Shown: positions 52,654 to 64,000 of the stretch, piece after piece
How the letters are laid out: the number at the start of each line of letters is the position of its first letter
Numbering within the stretch: position 1 is the stretch's first letter
Source of the DNA: Stegostoma tigrinum
Lineage: Eukaryota
NCBI RefSeq assembly: GCF_030684315.1
Contig: NC_081354.1
Coordinates: forward strand, 105,582,426-105,646,425
Direction of reading: 5' to 3'
DNA: 64,000 nucleotides
Made by a program: the position numbers and the translations under genes
The notes under the pieces: generated by a model
What the model was told of the DNA's origin: nothing
The model's database searches: none
The model's input: only the letters and a program-made list of their open reading frames with translations

Positions 52654-53003
52654 GGGAGGTAATCGCCTAGTGGTATTATCACTGGACTGTTAATCCAGGG
52701 ACCCAGATATGTTCTGGGAACCCAGGTTCAAATCACGCCACGGCAGATGGTGGAATTTGAATTCAATAAAATATCTGGAATTAGGAACCTGGGACTACAA
52801 ATCCATTGTCGATCATCAAGAAAAACGCACCTGGTTCACTAATACCCTTTAGGGAAAGAAACTGCTATTCATATGTGGTCTGGCCTACATGTAACTCCAG
52901 ACCCACAGCAATGTGGTTCACTCTGAACTCCCCTTTGGGCAATTTGGGATGGGCAACGAATGCTGCTTAGTCAGCGACACCCTCATTCCATGAATGAATA
53001 AAG
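52654..53003 (+). mobile_element. SacSINE/Deu-domain-like tRNA-derived SINE
   Basis: Head gcctagtggtattatcactggactgttaatccag...ggttcaaatc, core ctggttcactaat..ccttagggaaagaaactg...ggtctggcctacatgt, tail tgaatgaataaa; several copies in the window. Confidence 0.82.
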
Positions 53004-53696
53004 GATAAAAAAACAAAAACGTCTGTACTGCCCTTTTAGAAAGAACTACTTAATTTGCTGCACTGTCCTCATCTTTCCCCGTTTTTTAAAGTACTAATAT
53101 TAATCCTAACAAATAAGTTCTTCACCAAAAATAGTCTTTGTACAGGTACATAAAAATTTTGCTATACTGAGTTATAAGAGATCCAGAAAAAATTCAAAGA
53201 TGAATTAACCACACATTCCAAAGGGATTCACAATGTTATTCCCTTCCCAGTTATCATCCCAAACTAACAGGAATTTAGCTACCTCTATTTGAATTTTTCA
53301 TTACTGCTGAGGAAAGTCTTAATGCACCCCTGAAGATTCTGAAGGTATAATGAAATTCATCTCCATTACCATTTGAAAAGTGAAACAGCTGAAAAGAATC
53401 ATGATTAACTTGGATCATTTTTCAGTCTCCCATTACTGTTAACTTTCTTGCACAATTTTTGTGCACAAAGAATTGGCAGACTTGAGCTAATTACTTGATT
53501 TGTATTAGTTTGGTTCCTTCCCTTGTGAGGACCATATGAACAATGTAATTTGCACATATTTGCTTGAAACATTCAGGAATCAAGAAGAAGAATCAACAAG
53601 AAAGAATGGTGAGCTAAGAAAACACAGGGTGGTGTGTGTGTAGGATTTGCTGCCCACTTTGGTGGTTTAGGCAGAAATCCTCAACTCATTTAAAAA

Positions 53697-54018
53697 GAAT
53701 TAGAATCCCTACAGAGTGGAAACAGGCCCTTTGGCCCAACAAGTTCACACCGAACCTCAGAACATCCCACCCAGACCCATCCCCTATAACTCACCTAATC
53801 TACACCTCCCTGAACACGATAGGCAATTTTGCATGGCCAATTCACTCACCCTGCACATCTTTGGACTGTGGGAGGAAACCGGAGAACCCGGAGGAAACCC
53901 ACACAGACATGGAGAGAATGTGCAAACTCCACACTGACAGTCGCCCAAGGGTGGAATCGAACCCGGGTCCCTGGTGCTGTGAGGCTGCAGTGCTAACCAC
54001 TGTGCCACCGTGCTGCCC
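53697..54018 (-). mobile_element. HE1-like V-SINE
   Basis: Same head, V-domain and tail as 4955-5283. Confidence 0.88.
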
Positions 54019-54530
54019 CAATTTAACCCATATTCCTCTATACCCTTCCTATTCATGTATCCAGCCAGATGCCTTTTAAAATGTTGTTTTAGCAGCATCC
54101 ACCACCTCCTCTGGCAACTTATTCCATACATGCATCACCCTCTGCATAAAAAGACTGCCACGTTAGCGTCTTTTAAATTACTGCCCGCTCACCTTAAACC
54201 TACACCCTCTAGCTTTGGGCTCCTCTACCATGGGGAAAAGAGCTGGCTATTCATCCAATCCATGCCCCACATGATTTTATAAACTTCTAGAAGGTCACCC
54301 CTCAGCCTCCAACACTCCAAGGGAAATAGCCCCAGCCTATTTAGCATCTCCCGAAAGCTCAAACCCTCCAACCCCGGCAACATCATTGTAAATCTTTTCT
54401 GAACCCTTTCAAGTTTCACAACATCTTTACTAAAGCAGGGAGACCAGAATTGAAAGCATTTTTCCAAAAATGGTCCAACTAATGTTCTTATCAGTTGCAA
54501 CATATCACCCCAAGGCCTATACTCGATGCA
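54019..54530 (-). mobile_element. CR1 LINE 3' fragment
   Basis: ORF 54225-54503: QFWSP..KDVVKLERVQKRFT.MLPGL...LRGDL.EVYKIM. Confidence 0.85.
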
Positions 54531-57084
54531 CTACATGTCTACAGAAAGCAATTACCTCTGGATGTTCACCTGGGTGCTATAACCTGAAAAGCCATGGATC
54601 AGGTGCTGAGAAATGGGATTAGAATAAATGGCTAGTTTATGCAGATGGCAGGAGATGTGATAGGCAAAATGGTCTCATTCACTTTTCTGTGTAACTTTTC
54701 AATGGTTCTAATGCTGCAAATAAGTGCAACTCTTTCAGGAATTATAAAAAAGCAAGTAAAACAGGCAAGATTTCTTGTAGAAAATGCACAGGTAACATCA
54801 AATTACATCTAACAAAGAATCCCACCACTCAGTAAAACACGCAAAAACACTTCTAAGATCAATTTCCATAATTTTATATCCATCATATTCATCTGTACTT
54901 ATAACCTTAAATAATTTCTTTTGTTTATTATACAAAAAGAACCTGGTTCTCAAACTATCATTTGAATATCTTTTCAGAGTGAAATCTTTAGAATTTCTCA
55001 AATTAATCTCAGTCAAAAGAACTAAATAACATAAATATAACAGCAGGCAGCTATATTATATAAGGTTAATGCAGGCATTACATTCCAGATACCTTGTACA
55101 ACCAGAGTTACAGAACTTTTTTATGTTGAGCATATCTGAAATGTATTCAAGCTGATGAATAAGTTGACTTTCAGTCCATCACTAACACACAATGTTTAGC
55201 TGTCAACACTTTATTAATTTATTATAAAGTGCATATACTTGTTACATTAGATCTTCAAGATAGGAATTATCTTGTACAAAAATACATTAATCATGAGCAT
55301 CACCATTTCTCTGATTATCAATGTTGTAGTTCTTAAAATTAAAAACATGAATGTTGTTATTAAATGTGGTATTAATTGTTTAGCAATAGTTAGACATTTA
55401 ATCAACAATAGTTTAAATATAACTTGGCACTTTTCAAATAATAGCTAAGTTTACAATACACTGGCATAGCATACTGTTCAATTGGTTACCATGTTTAACT
55501 TAAAGGAATGTGCCCTTGCATTTATAAACTATATTTAATGATTTAAAACATTGGGTCAACATAAAAATTGACAAATAACATGGAAAATCATACCAATTGT
55601 AAAAGGGGTGAATTATTCGAAAACATTTAGGGTAGGCATTCAGAGTTGGGATAACAGGAGACAGGAAATATTGTAAAGGAATACTGCAATGTAAAAATCA
55701 AAATCAATATATTAAAGTTCAACATTCATAAACATATGAAAAACAAATACAAAATATTATATATATATATTCTTGACTTTAGTTGCTAAAATGTTAACTG
55801 TCTACTTAAAAAAAAACAAACTGGCCAAATAAAACCCTTTTAGCTATTTCAATCTTATAATGAATGAAGTATTTAGTTTGGTTTCATTCCCATTTAATTT
55901 GTTATATTTTATGTTGAAATTCAAAGCCAGATATTAATAGATCTTCACAATTATTGCTTCAACAAAACAACTAAAGCAAGAGATTAGGTCCCAAATTCAA
56001 GAATAAACAGTTGTACATACGTAATGTCACAATATAATTTGTTCATATGGAATAGCTAACATATAGAATAGGTAGGAAATTTTGTAAATATTTGTTGGTT
56101 GATAAACCATTGTATAATATAAACTGTAAAAAATATGATTCACTAAACCTTCTCCATTCAAGATTTTTAAAATTAATGTAAAGATTTGAAGTTTTACATA
56201 CTATAAATAAACTAGTGTCTAAGATTTTAAAAGCTTTATTTCACTGTAAATTTAAACTAGTTATTGCAAGGGTAAGGGTAAATATAGAATTCTATATTTA
56301 AAGTAGGAAAACAATGTTGCTATAATTATCCTCCATTTTCCATCTAAAACTAAGAATTCCTAAATCTCATGTTAGAACACAAATTATCATCCAAATGTGG
56401 CTCCTTTGAGCTGTTCTGAACTCTGTATTTCAATATACTGGTTACTAACTAAAATGAAAAGGCAACACTTCATATATCTCAACTATACTGTATTTAAATT
56501 TGAAACAATGTTTGATAGAAAAGGCCTATTTTAAGTTTTTTAATATATTTAAAATCTTTTAGAATACTTAATAATTTGGGACAAGCTACAATTTTAGTAT
56601 CCTAAAAGGATTTTCCTCAAGGGAAGTGATTATTATAAAAAAAACCTTAATATTGACATTAACTTTTCATTTGAGTCATCAACTTTAATTTTTAAAGTAT
56701 GCCGTCAGTACCACTTATGCCTTAGATCTATGTGGCTGAGTCAATTAATATATTGGTTATACATATCATCTGTAGAACCAAAATTTGATACTTACAATGT
56801 AATTTACTTCAGTATTCAGTACTTTATTATAGTTGGTCAATGAAACAAAATTATCCTTTTCTTTTGTAATTATTTTTGTGGTAGGCTATAAACATGTATA
56901 ACTGTCATCATAAAAGCAGCATGGAAGCAACACACAGCATTCTTTGGCAGCTGCACAATATCTACACAGATAGATGAATGGCGTCAGACACATTGCAGGG
57001 TTACAAATGTAAATGCAGCAAACACAGGTCAGTTTGCGATTCCAAAATGGTTAATATGTCTAAAAGACAAGAACCATCACTTAC

Positions 57085-57102
57085 TGCTAGAACTTCCATT
57101 TG
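57085..57102 (-). CDS. FRYL: FRYL 18-nt micro-exon (QMEVLA)
   Basis: Minus strand cactaat (branch point)-long pyrimidine tract-cttcttgcttag|CAA ATG GAA GTT CTA GCA|gtaagt; phase 0-0, in frame with ELELCRR; resembles the QMEILA-type insert recalled from vertebrate FRYL isoforms. Confidence 0.82.
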
Positions 57103-60100
57103 CTAAGCAAGAAGATGAAGTCACAAAACAAAGAAAGAGAAAGAGATCAAGAATTAGTGACAGTTAAACCTCACACAAGATCAAAGATGTCCCAGTATTA
57201 TCAGAACCAATTTACAAACTAATCTATTCTACTGATTGAACCCAAATCCCTAATAATGGTTAGATGATGCATTTTCACATGAAAATTCATAATGTCCAAG
57301 TCATTTCATCACGCCTGTTTTAATTTAAATGTGACTTTAAACAGTTTCATATGGAACAGTTTGCAACAGGGCTATGAATTAGTTTAGCAGAGATTTACAT
57401 TGCTCAATAGAAAGCCTGTTGCCAAGTTCGTAAAATCTTATTTTAAATTACTTTAGGTTTTCTTATACTCAGCTTTATTCCTAATCAGTAAATGCCCTTT
57501 CTCTTGTTGAGCTTACTACAGCTAGCCTAGAAGATGCTCCTGAATGCATTACATATTTTACGTCCTCTGTATCTTTTATCCACAGACACCCTAGCTACCA
57601 GAAGAAAAACAGGAAATAATCTAGTACTTAAAAATACATTTGCATTCCCTACATTGCACTATTCACAAATTGTGCAAACTGCAATCTTTCAAGGCATATG
57701 AAAATACAACAGCAATATGCCAATTCCAGTTTAAGCATTAAACAGCTCACCAAGGCAACATTAAACTATCTCTGGCAATATATAGGTTACAATGAAATAT
57801 TGGACTTTTCAACAAACACAGCCCGTAAAAAATAACTGGTCTATATTCACTGAGGGCTGTAGTCAGCTCTGGATAGATCAGTACACTACAAAAATGTCCT
57901 CTTGTCTCAAGATCTGGCTGTATGGTTTTTCCCTTTCCAGTAAACAAGTTATTCACTCTTTAGTAAAATTCTGGTAGTTGACTTAATTAGATTAAAATGT
58001 AACATTGACGTAATTTAAATGGTAGCTTTTACAATTGCTTTTCAGTTCATGAACTCCTTGCATCAAATATTACTCTGAAGGAAAACAGCACTGACATGTA
58101 TAACTAAAATAATTTGCAATTACATTTTTGGTAATCATTTTTTATTGCCATAACTGCCACCAAAAGAGGAAGCAATCAGTTAGAACTCTTTAGACTCATT
58201 ATTTCTGAACAGGCATCTTCAGCTTCCTTCAAACAACCCACGATTCCCTCTAATCCTGTTAATGTCAGTCAGTCTGGCCTACAAGTAACTGTTGTCATAC
58301 AAATATACTCTTCATTATTTTTTGAACTCTGAAATGGTTGAGCAAGCCAACTGATGGGACTGTGAAGTCATTAACTGACAAGATAAGCTTCACCATAGTG
58401 TAGGATGAGAAATATTTGCATAGGATCATTAGTAGAAATAATATTAACCTTACATTATTCACACACATCAAACAAAGCAACAAACTTATTTAATACAAAA
58501 CACATTACAGAAAGATAGAAGAGGTGCCAGAAGCCAGTGTTCATTCGCATGTTGATAATTTAACTTTTTACAAAGAAATGAGAGATATTTAACATACTTT
58601 TAATCAAATTTAACAAACATTTTTGAAGTAGTTGTTTAAAAATGCTTATTTTTATGCTTTAGTTATTCACTTATTGAATAAAAAATTAGTAATAAATAAA
58701 CTGATAATGGAATCTGTCACAAAGCTTACATTGCTATGATAGCGGTAAACACTGATGAGGGAATTTTATCTTACATCATCTGACTGGTATACCACAGTCC
58801 TTTCAAGGGGTAATATGTGTTTTTTTTAAACAAACGAAGACACATGGCTGCAGTGGTAACATGGTCATAAGGCAAGCTTTGAGAAGACCCATTTGGATTG
58901 CACAAAGTCATTTGCAATGAAAATTACATACTTATCTAAATGATGTGGAGGTGCCGGTGTTAGACTGGGGTGGACAAAAATCACATGACACCAGGTTACA
59001 GTCTAACAGGTTTTGAAAACACAAGCTTTCAGAGCCTCAGTCCTCTTCAAGTTTCATGCTAACACCTGATGAAGATACTTAGCTAAATACACTGAAATCA
59101 GTGTAAATGAGTCAGCTCAAGAAATCAGTATTTCCATTTGAATTCACAGATGTAAGATAACTTCACATGATGCAAGATGAAATGTCCACTTGTGACTTTA
59201 TCCGCCTTTAAAGACAATGAAGGACTTCACAGTACACCCTGCACTAAATTTCAATAAAACTCCTTTAAGTTCAAATAAGAAAACCTTTGATAACGGGCTC
59301 ATTCATTTTCTAGTGGACTATATTTTATTTCAACTATGATAATTTTATGCTATAAAGAGGAAAAGAATTTGCTATAACTGCCAAAGGAAGCATGTTTGTA
59401 AACAAGGTATTTCTCTCACAACAATCAGCAATGCTTACACAGTTTGCGTTAGATTTGTCATTCATGGTGATTTTATTTCAAATTTGTACCATCTGCTACA
59501 GTAAGATATGAACCCACATGGTCAGAATATTAGCCTGTGGTTCTGGATTACGAGCCTTGTGACATTATCACTCCCCCATCGCCTCTCCCAAAGATTCTAT
59601 CTTTATTTATTCTCATTAATGCTTTGGTAAATGCAGGCAATTAGGTTAAAACCTCTCAGAATTATAATGGGAAATAACTTGAGTTCAGCTCCTTCAGTAG
59701 TCTCATTCAGTAGAGCCGACCACACCAAATTACACTTTTCAGGTGATGTTAGGAAGCTTCTTAAGGTTAGCACTTTAAGAAATTTCACATACCCAAATAA
59801 AAATGGCAAGAGAATGTAGGGAAAGAGGGTTGGAGTTTTCAGTGCATTCATAAGTCCTTTCTCGCCACTGGATAAGAAGACTATCAAGAGATAGTCAGTG
59901 CTAACTCATAATGGGAAATGAACCAAAGCAGTTAAGAACCGGGGCCTGATGAGTGCACCCTAGGATATTAAGAGTCTGAGGGTCATACAGCTAACATACC
60001 TTTCAGTCCAATTCATCCACAGAGACCAGGTATCCTAAACTGATCTAGTGCCGTTTGCCAGCATTTAGCTCATAGCCCTTTATACCTTCCTATTCACGTG

Positions 60101-60144
60101 CCCATCTACATGCCTTTTAAATGGAAGTACCTAGAAAGGATGAT

Positions 60145-60460
60145 TAGATTACATTAACTACAGTGTGGAAACAGGCCCTTCGGCCCAACAAGTCCACACT
60201 GCCCCTTGAAGCATCCCACCCAGATCCATTCCCCTTACAACCCACACACCCCTGAACACTATGGGCAATTTAGCAAGGCCAATCCACCCAGCCTGCACAT
60301 CCTTGGACTGTGGGAGGAAACCGGAGCACCCAGAGGAAACCCACGCAGACATGGGGAGAATGTGCAAGCTCCACACAGACGGTCACCTGAGGCTGGAATT
60401 AAACCCGGATCCCTGGCACTGTGAGGCTGCAGTGCTAACCACTGAGACACCATGCCGGCC
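60145..60460 (-). mobile_element. HE1-like V-SINE
   Basis: Closely similar to 4955-5283. Confidence 0.88.
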
Positions 60461-60939
60461 ATGATGCTCTGGTAATATTCCTCCATGAATTGTTCAATTA
60501 GCTGCCAGAGGGCTAGCTGCCTTTCAGTTAAGAATGACTGATAAGTTATCAAAGTGAGAACGTCAAATGAGGTATTCAAGCATCATAAAGACGTTGCTTC
60601 CATCTTAAGACATCACCTAAGCTTCTTTGAAGTCTAATGTAAGAACTGACCACAGCCTGTAGGTGACCTTAGTGGAATGACCTATAAGGCAGACTGTGAC
60701 TGCAAACAAGAGGGGCACTTCAATGTATGCCTCGAGTGGAGACTTCAGTTTTCATGCTGGGTAACAAACTGGGGTAACTGGAATGCTTCTGATACTACAG
60801 CTGCTCACAAGTGGAATATCCTAGTCAATATCTGGTAATTAGCCTTAGTTGTCTTTTAACTTACCTTAATTAGATAGCTGCCACTAGTATTGCCCCTCAT
60901 CCCCTGATCCCACCTCCATGAAAATTCTGTTCATGGACA

Positions 60940-63010
60940 AGTGTAGATTAATTAAAGAACATCACCGGGGATACATAAAATGCAAATTGTATCCAGCTAA
61001 CTTGATTGAGCTTTTGATAGGTAATAATTAAGTATGATGGGGATAATGCATTTAATGTAGTATATATGAATTGCAAAATGTCATCCAAAAAGGTGGTATA
61101 TGAAAGGCTTGGTGGTTTCAGCTCATGGAATAAAAGGCATGGATATATGGTTGGCAGAGCGACAGGAAAGTAAGTAATGATAATATTATTTTTTAACTGG
61201 AGTCAAGTATGGAGTGAGACTCCCCCAGAGCCTGGTGCTGAGACCACTGCTTTACCAAATTTGTGTATAATTATATATACATATCTAAAAAATTGAATTA
61301 AACCTGCAAAAGTCCTCTTTACCAACACCAAAGGAGTAGAATATATTCAGGGTGGGGGTTAGATACTCTTTTTTGGAGGTAGTTGTTGATGCCAATATTA
61401 CTTGCCTTGTATCAGCCCTAATCTGAATGTTATCCACATCTTGCTCTAGTATTGGAGGTGTCACAAATGGTGCTGTATACTGTGCAACCATCAATGAACA
61501 TTGCCATTTCTCAGCTTCTGATGGAGAGGCTATTGATGAAACAGTTGAAGATGGCTATGCCTAGGATACCATTCTGAAAAACTCCTGCAGAGGTGTCCTA
61601 GGGTTGGGATGATAACCTCCAAAGACCATTTCCATCGGGATCTGAAGAGGAGTCATATTAGGCTTGAAACACTGTTTCCTTCAACACAGGTGTTGCCAGA
61701 CCTGATGGGTTTCTCAAGTATTTTCTGTTTTTATTTCAGATTGCCAGCATTTGTAATATTTTGCTTTTATTACAAGGCTCCTTGATGCCATACTGAGTCA
61801 AATGTCTTATAGCAAGGACAGTCACTCTCACCCCATCACTCCAGTTCAGCTCATTAGTCCAGATTTGAACAAAGGCTGTATTGGTGTGAGGAGCTGAGTG
61901 GGCCTGACAGAAGGGCTGGAACAAATGTAGTGAGCAAGTTATTGCTAGGTGAGTGCCACTTCATAGCACTGTTGATGACATCTTTCAGCATTTCACTGAT
62001 GACTGAGAGTAGTCTGATGGGGCAAGGTAATGGGGACTTTTTGCAAATACGGTATATCTGGGTAATTTTTCATATTGTCATCTAGAAACTAGTATTGTAG
62101 CTGTATTAGAACAGTTAAGCCACTGGCATGGCTAATTTTGCCATGTCTTCAGCACTATTGCTGGAATGTAGACAGGAGCCATAGGCTTTTATTGCAATTC
62201 GTTCACGGGAATGGACATTGCTGGCCAGGCCAGTATTTATCACCCATACCTAACTGCCTTTGAGAATGTAGTGGCTCACCACCTTCTTGAAAATGTTGCA
62301 GCCTCTGGGGCACTGGAACACCCAAAATGCTGTTAGGAAGGGAGGTTAAGAACTTTGACCCTGTCAGTGGTATAGATTCAGATTAGGATGCTGTGTGACT
62401 TGAAGCAGGGCAAGCAAGTGGTATTTCCATGCACCCAGCTGTTGTCCTTCTGGATGGTCTTGGATTTGGAAATTGCTGTCAAATGATCCTTGACAAGTTG
62501 TTGCAGGGCATCCTGCTGCCACTGCGCATCACTGGGGAAGGGAGTGACTCTGGAAGGTGGGGTATAGTGTGTTGGATGGTGTCAAGTCTCTGGTTGTTGA
62601 CCGAGATCCACACATTCAGACAAATGGACAGTATTCCTTCCCAATCCTGACTTTTGCTTTGTAGGTGGCGAATAGGCTTTGCAGAAGCGAGAGGAGAGAT
62701 GTGAGAGGTGAGATAACTGCTGCAGGATTTCTAGTTTCTGACTTTCTTTGGTACTCAAATTATTGAAATGGCTGGTCTGTTTCAATTTTGGTCAAGTGTA
62801 ATGCTCAGGATATTGATAGTGGGTGATTGTGTAATGATAATGCTATTGAATGTCAAAGTGTACTAAATCATTTTTTGTTGGAGATGTTCATTGCCTGGCA
62901 TTTGTGTAAGAGTTAAACTTACTTGCTATTGTCAGTCCAAGCTTGAATATTATCTAAATCTGGTTGCATTTGAATGTGAACTGCTTTAGTATCTAAGGAG
63001 TCATGAAGAG
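60940..63010. mobile_element. Mosaic of heavily decayed LINE fragments with a family E short element at 61640-61770
   Basis: CR1-like RT remnants on both strands, LINE tail at 62195-62510, and CTGAAGA G GAGTC ATATTA GGCTT GAAAC at 61642-61670. Confidence 0.55.
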
Positions 63011-64000
63011 TGTTGAAAATCTGCATGAATGACACTGGAATGGTTGATGCAGGTGTTCGATAATATGATCAACAGCATCTGTATTTCGCAACATAGTGTG
63101 ATCATCCAACTCAATTCTCAAACATTGTTGGCAAACTTTCATGTGGTAAAGAAAAAGATGATTTGAAGGATAGAAGAGTATGATGCTCTACATGGCTAAT
63201 TATCTTTTAAAATTTGTCACACTAGTGCCAAGTAACACATCAGAATTGATATTCTAAACAACTTATTGTGAATGAGCCTAGTTATCAACATATTGACTAC
63301 TCATTGGCTCTGTGAAACTTGCTTCCTACACAATTCACATCCTGGTAATCAACCAGTTTCGGAACATCAAGTAGCACATTTCAGCAGGAATAAACATTCA
63401 AACCTATCGTCCTGGCTCAGCCCCATCATAACAGCCTGAACTCCATTTAGATTTTTTTGTAGAAATTCCTGCATAATTCCTCTTTTTCTCAGAAAGTGTT
63501 ACCGAGAACTTCAATATTTTTGTTAATTCGAGTGGAAGAAATGTCAGAGTTGTAATGAAGTTCATCTGATCTAATCAAATACTATTTTCATATTCAAAAT
63601 TTAGAAACTATTTTGCAAATATCTGTTAGCACTAAACAAATCCAACTATAACCTTTTTACCTACTTTGTTTCTAACTTGAGCCCTGTCTTTTTTTTTAAA
63701 CATTTCAGGTACTCATCGGTCAATGCAGGCACACTGCATGGTTTACACTTCCTCAAAATTGATAGCGTGCAAGAATGTGAACACCCTCTGGAAGAGTCGG
63801 ATCTGCCCAATAGTAGTTTAAAAACAAATGTGCAATAGTCATCCTGTTCACAGCAAAGGAAGGGTAAATGCAACACTGTTTACACCCTAATTTTCTATTG
63901 GTTGTTTCTTCATTTACAGTGCTGTACAATGGTAGAAAATGAAACAGAGTACTTGAATCAGTTTATTTTGCTAATTAGTTAGTTGACAGACAAACAGATC

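Overview
Eukaryotic, intron-rich vertebrate DNA. The repeat content (HE1/V-SINE-like and SacSINE-like SINEs, CR1-clade LINEs, Penelope-like elements) points to an elasmobranch, probably a shark; that assignment is inference. Four protein-coding genes can be reconstructed by hand from splice sites and phases. (1) A short secreted peptidoglycan recognition protein on the minus strand: 3 coding exons visible, last exon off the left edge. (2) SLC10A4 (+, 3 exons, about 410 aa). (3) ZAR1 (+, 4 exons, about 349 aa). (4) The 3' end of FRYL (-): 3 terminal exons plus an 18-nt micro-exon (QMEVLA) that the ORF track misses. SLC10A4-ZAR1-FRYL is the familiar tetrapod gene order, but the PGRP sits where SLAIN2 is expected. 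The most striking non-genic signal is a population of Penelope-derived elements, many short and palindromic with target-site duplications. At least five sequence families keep a minimal hammerhead-ribozyme core (CTGANGA-stem II-GAAA-palindromic stem III) with different, still base-pairing stem II sequences. Two of these short elements were each hit by the same young CR1 family, giving three-layer nests. No CRISPR, rRNA or true tRNA genes are seen.
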